From assembly GCA_025558095.1 (NCBI GenBank), contig JAIVFI010000004.1, forward strand, positions 893,335-957,334: 64,000 nucleotides of DNA, in the 5' to 3' direction. Source of the stretch: Hyaloraphidium curvatum SAG 235-1. Taxonomy: Eukaryota; Fungi; Monoblepharomycota. Position numbers and translations under genes: made by a program. The first letter of the stretch is position 1, and every line of letters begins with the position of its first letter. A model generated the notes under the pieces. The model made no database searches. It had not been told where the DNA came from and worked only from the letters and a program-made list of their open reading frames with translations. Of this stretch, positions 60,159 through 64,000 are shown piece after piece.

Positions 60159-61077
60159 ATGCGGATCACCAACTTCCGCACGCACGCGTCGCTCCCCTCC
60201 CCCTCCCCCGCGGGCCCCTCCTCCGCCGCCCCGGCCGCGGTCATCGACACGCTCCGCGCGACGACGTCGATGTGCGCCGCATTGGCGGCCGGGTGCGACG
60301 GCATCGCGGCGTACGGCTCCCCGACGGACGTGGAGGCGGCGCTGGACGCCGATGGGGGGCGGTGGAGGCGGGAGAGGGCGGCGGGGAGGGCGGCCGTGTG
60401 CGGGGAGCAGGGCGGCAGGATGGGTGGGTGGCAGCCCGTACGTTGCCGATCGCGGCATGCACTCATTCCGATCGCGGTTGGTGTCGTCGGAAGTGGATTG
60501 GTTCGACCTCGGCAACTCGCCGGCGATGTTCACGCCCGAGGCCGTGGGCGGGAAGCGGCTCCTGATGGTCACGACCAACGGCACCGTGGCGCTGGGCAAG
60601 TGCGCGCAGCTGACCTCGGGACCCATCCTCGCGGCGTGCCTGCTGAACGCCAAAGCGGTCGCCGAGATGCTGCTTGCCGGCGGCCGGGGCGGATCCGCGC
60701 CGGACGAGGTCTGGCTGGTCTGCGCCGGCTCGGTTGGCAAGGAGGCCGCGGAGGACACGCTCACCGCGGGCCTGGTCGCGCTGCACCTATCGGAGGTACA
60801 CCCCGGCTGCGCACCGGACGCCGAGACGGAGCGGGCGATGGGGATGGTCCGGGACATCCGGCGGAACGGCGAAAGCTGGACCGGGGTCGGGCGGAGGATG
60901 GAGAACGCGCGCGCGCTGAGCGAGCTGGGGGAGCACTTCATGCAGGACGTGGAGTACTGCTTCGGCGGCGTGGGGCCGGCGGTGGACGGGCTGGAGGTGG
61001 TGGGGGTGCTGGACAGGCAAACGGGGCTCGTCGTGCGGGCGGGTACGTCCCGAGAGGCGATGCCGGATCGATGCTGA
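60159..61077 (+). CDS. comB: 2-phosphosulfolactate phosphatase family (ComB-like) with one intron (60424-60493)
   Basis: AVIDTLRATTSM..AL..G, CGEQGGRM|VDWFDLGNSP, MVTTNGT.AL, ACLLNAKAVA, LVCAG, EDTLTAG and QDVEYC. Confidence 0.88.
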
Positions 61078-61650
61078 GCTCATACGTACTTATCGGTCCG
61101 CATTAATCGACGGGAACGTCCAAGATCGAAACTCCAACTGCGCCATCGTCCGTCCCCCCGCCCGACCCGGCCGCCGTCCCCCGCCCGACCTCCCCGGTCA
61201 GCCCCCCAGGGAGAACTGGCAGTTGGCCCCGATGAACCCCGAAGCGCAGACGCACGTGTACCCGCTGCACCCGGCAGGGTTGCACGTGCCCTTTCGGGCG
61301 TGGGGGATCGCCTCGTCAGACGCCGCTCGCCAGTCAGCCGTTTCCCCCGTCAGCCTCCTTCCCGAACGGGAACAGGGCGCGGGCAGCTATGCTTCGCACC
61401 GCGCAACCGCGGAAAAACACCGACACTGCGTTTGCAACGCGCTGCGGCCCGGGTGCTCCGGTCGGACCGATCCTGGACCGCCGCGACGTCCGGCTGCTCA
61501 AGAACTCCCGGGCACCCCACGGCGGAGCAGCCCGCCGCATCACCACTACCGAAACCCGGACCGGCATCTTGCTGCGCAATCTCGCATGCTCTTCCGTGGG
61601 GCCGGCGTCCGATAACAAACAACGGCCGCCTGTCAGTGCCCGCGTCCCCG

Positions 61651-63120
61651 CTAGCCGGCCGGAGGCGGCCTCGCCTCGAGCCACCGCAGCACCGCCTCGT
61701 TGACCACGTCGGGCATCTCGACGTGCAGGAACGACCCCGCGCCCTGCACCTCCTGCGGAGCCGCGTCAGCGCACCGCCCAAGGGGCCGACCCCGCGCGCG
61801 GGGACACCCACCACGACCTCCAGGTCCGGCACCAGCCTCCGCATGTCCGCCCTGTACGGCTCCCCCGAAAACACGCCCAGCTCCGGGGCGACGTACAGCG
61901 CCGGACAGAGGATCTCGCGGCGCGTGCCGGGGGGGAGCACGGCGTTGCCGCCGCGGATCCACTGCAGGGGGCCGGCGATGCCGCCGATGGAGCGGAAGAA
62001 GGCGACGTAGGTGGAGACTTCCTGTGAGGTGGGAGGGGGCGTCAGCGAGCGCGCGGGGTGGAGGGAGCGGCGGCGGACTGCCCACCTCGGGGGTGAGGAT
62101 CGTCGACGGCCCGATGGCGGCGGCCAGCTCCGCGAACGGCGTCCCCGGCTTGAGCGACGACATGGCCCTCAGCATCCCCCCCGTCTCGGCCCCGCGCCTC
62201 ATGGCGACGTGGAGCATGGCCTCGGGGTTGGCGTTCAGGTCCGCCGCCGCCTGCGCGGAGGCCATGTAGGTGCGGTAGCTCGTGAGCGGGACGGTGCGGG
62301 CTTCGAGGGCGGGCGGGATGAAAAACTCGGGCGGGGGTTGGTACGGCTGGCCGATGAGGATGAGCCGCGAGACGCGGGAGGGGTGGAGGAGGGCGAGGCG
62401 GGTGGCGACGGTGCCCCCCCTGCGGGGGCGTTAGCGGGAAACGAAAGCGGGGGTGCGGGCGGAGGAGCCCACAGGTCCTGGCCGTGCCCGACGACGACGG
62501 CCCGCGGCACGCCGGCAATATCGAGGAGCCGCACCAGGTCCTCCACGGCCGAGACGTGCGAGTAGCACGCGGTGCGGCCTGCGGCGTCGCCCGGGTCCGG
62601 GTTGGGGTCGCCGAGGTTGAAGCCGCGCACGTTGGGCGCGAGCACGCGGTACCCCCGCGACACGAAAAAGGGGATCTGCTTCCGCCTGGCGGGCGGCGGG
62701 GCACGGGCGGGTCAGCGCCGCGGGATGCGGCGGGACGGCGGCCCACCATCCGTAGCAGAAATCCAGCAGGCCGTGCACCAGCAGCAGCACCTCCCGCGGC
62801 AGGCCGGGCGGCGCCGCATCGACGAACGCTGCGCGTGGCGCGTCAGTCGCCGGCCCCCGCGCGGCTCTCCGGCAGTCGCGCCCACCCATCGCGAGTCCGT
62901 TGACGTGCGCCGTGCGGTTCGGCAGCCCGTCGAGCCCGGTGCGCGCCGCCGGAGGGGGCGAAAGCGGGCCGCCGGCGGGGGGACCCGCGGACCGCAGAGG
63001 GGAACCCGGCGGGGGCGCGTGCGCGGCCGCGGCCGCCGCCCAGTCCTGCTCCCCGCCGAGGAGGGAGGAGTCGCTAAAGGACGACACGGACACCGATGAG
63101 GCGTCGGACACCGCGGACAT
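61651..63120 (-). CDS. Alpha/beta hydrolase, epoxide hydrolase-like, multi-exon
   Basis: LLLVHGLLDFCYGW|RKQIPFFVSRGYRVLAPNVRGF, VVVGHGQDL|GGTVA.RLALLHPSRV and GSFLHVEMPDVVN. Confidence 0.82.
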
Positions 63121-63842
63121 TGCTCGGCGCAGTGACGTCGGCGGCGGCTGGCGTTCCCTTCGACGGAAGGGTCTGCGAACGAGTCAGCGCCGCGGCAACT
63201 ATCCCCATCGCGAATCCAGGGCCGCGAAGCGCTAGTCTCGCAGCAATGGCATCTCAATGTCTCGCCGGCATCGGTCCGCCGCCTCCGCCGAAGTCTGCCC
63301 GGGATGCGGGGTCGCGGGCGATGCTGCCTCCCCAGACGCCGTCGCGAAGCGCAAACTGCCCCGCTGCGCCGGCCCCTCCGTGCGAACGCGTGCTGCGATC
63401 TCGACAGGATCAGGGCAGTCGGCAGGGCACCCGCCGATGCAGCGCCAGGAATCCGCTTGGACCACGCATCGCCGCGCGACATTGCCCGGCCGTGTCAAAC
63501 AGGCCGCGTTTCCGGCCGGGTTGTGGCCCCGCCGTGTCCCCAGGCGGTTGCCGCGTCGCGTCGTCAATCCGGCCCGGCCGACCTTTTCGGGGGCGCTCTG
63601 CTCGTTGTGGACACGTGCTGGCCGGGGCTGGCGGGGCTGCGGCACCGCAGTCCCTCCGCGCCTTGCTCGTCGATAATGGTCAGCCACGCACGCGTTCCCA
63701 GGCGCCGGTGCACCCCGCCGGCTTAACCTAACCAGGCCAGCCTCTTCCCGGCGCCTGATCCCGGCGGATTTAGACCCGGGTCAGCCCATCCCCAGGGCAG
63801 AACCCGTGATCAAGCGGGTGTCCAAAAAGGAGGGATATGCGC

Positions 63843-64000
63843 TTAGGTTAGGTTAGGTTAGGGTTAGGTTAGGTTAGGGTTAGGTTAGGTTAGGTTAGGT
63901 TAGGTTAGGTTAGGTTAGGTTAGGTTAGGTTAGGTTAGGTTAGGTTAGGTTAGGTTAGGTTAGGTTAGGTTAGGTTAGGTTAGGTAGGTTTAGAGTTAGG
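63843..64000 (+). repeat. Telomeric array (TTAGG)n with two proximal TTAGGG units
   Basis: 27 perfect TTAGG units, TTAGGG at 63858-63863 and 63874-63879, and degenerate TAGG/TTTAGAG at the very end. The G-rich strand runs 5'->3' toward the sequence end, as expected for a right chromosome end. Confidence 0.95.

Noticed and set aside
1-64000. CRISPR arrays, tRNA/rRNA genes, transposase/RT genes, U12 introns
   Set aside because: I saw no repeat-spacer array, cloverleaf, rRNA-like segment, transposase/RT motif or (G/A)TATCCTT donor by eye. tRNAscan and Infernal were not run.

Overview
This is GC-rich, gene-dense eukaryotic DNA with short GT-AG introns (mostly about 55-105 nt, CTGAC/CTCAC branch points), and it runs into a telomere at its right end (TTAGG array, 63843-64000). 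Chitin-binding domains, ECM29 and the intron style point to an early-diverging fungus; a Monoblepharidomycota/Hyaloraphidium-like lineage is my inference, not something the sequence proves. About 30 gene models can be spliced by eye, so exon boundaries are approximate unless stated. Main points: (1) a large secreted protein joining four hevein/CBM18 chitin-binding domains to seven bacterial-type SdrD-B-like repeats; (2) a high density of prokaryote-like genes, several with spliceosomal introns (GlgX isoamylase, ComB, PQQ-type sugar dehydrogenase with NPCBM, TlpA redoxin, Rv2258c-like methyltransferase, lipocalin-like); (3) an unnamed 4-Cys N-terminal module with a shared intron position, fused to PAN/apple in one gene and to EGF repeats in another; (4) a candidate gustatory-receptor-like 7TM channel; (5) a kinase with an apparent signal peptide; (6) a pentameric TTAGG telomere with almost no subtelomeric buffer. 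Family assignments come from motif recognition only; no database searches were run.
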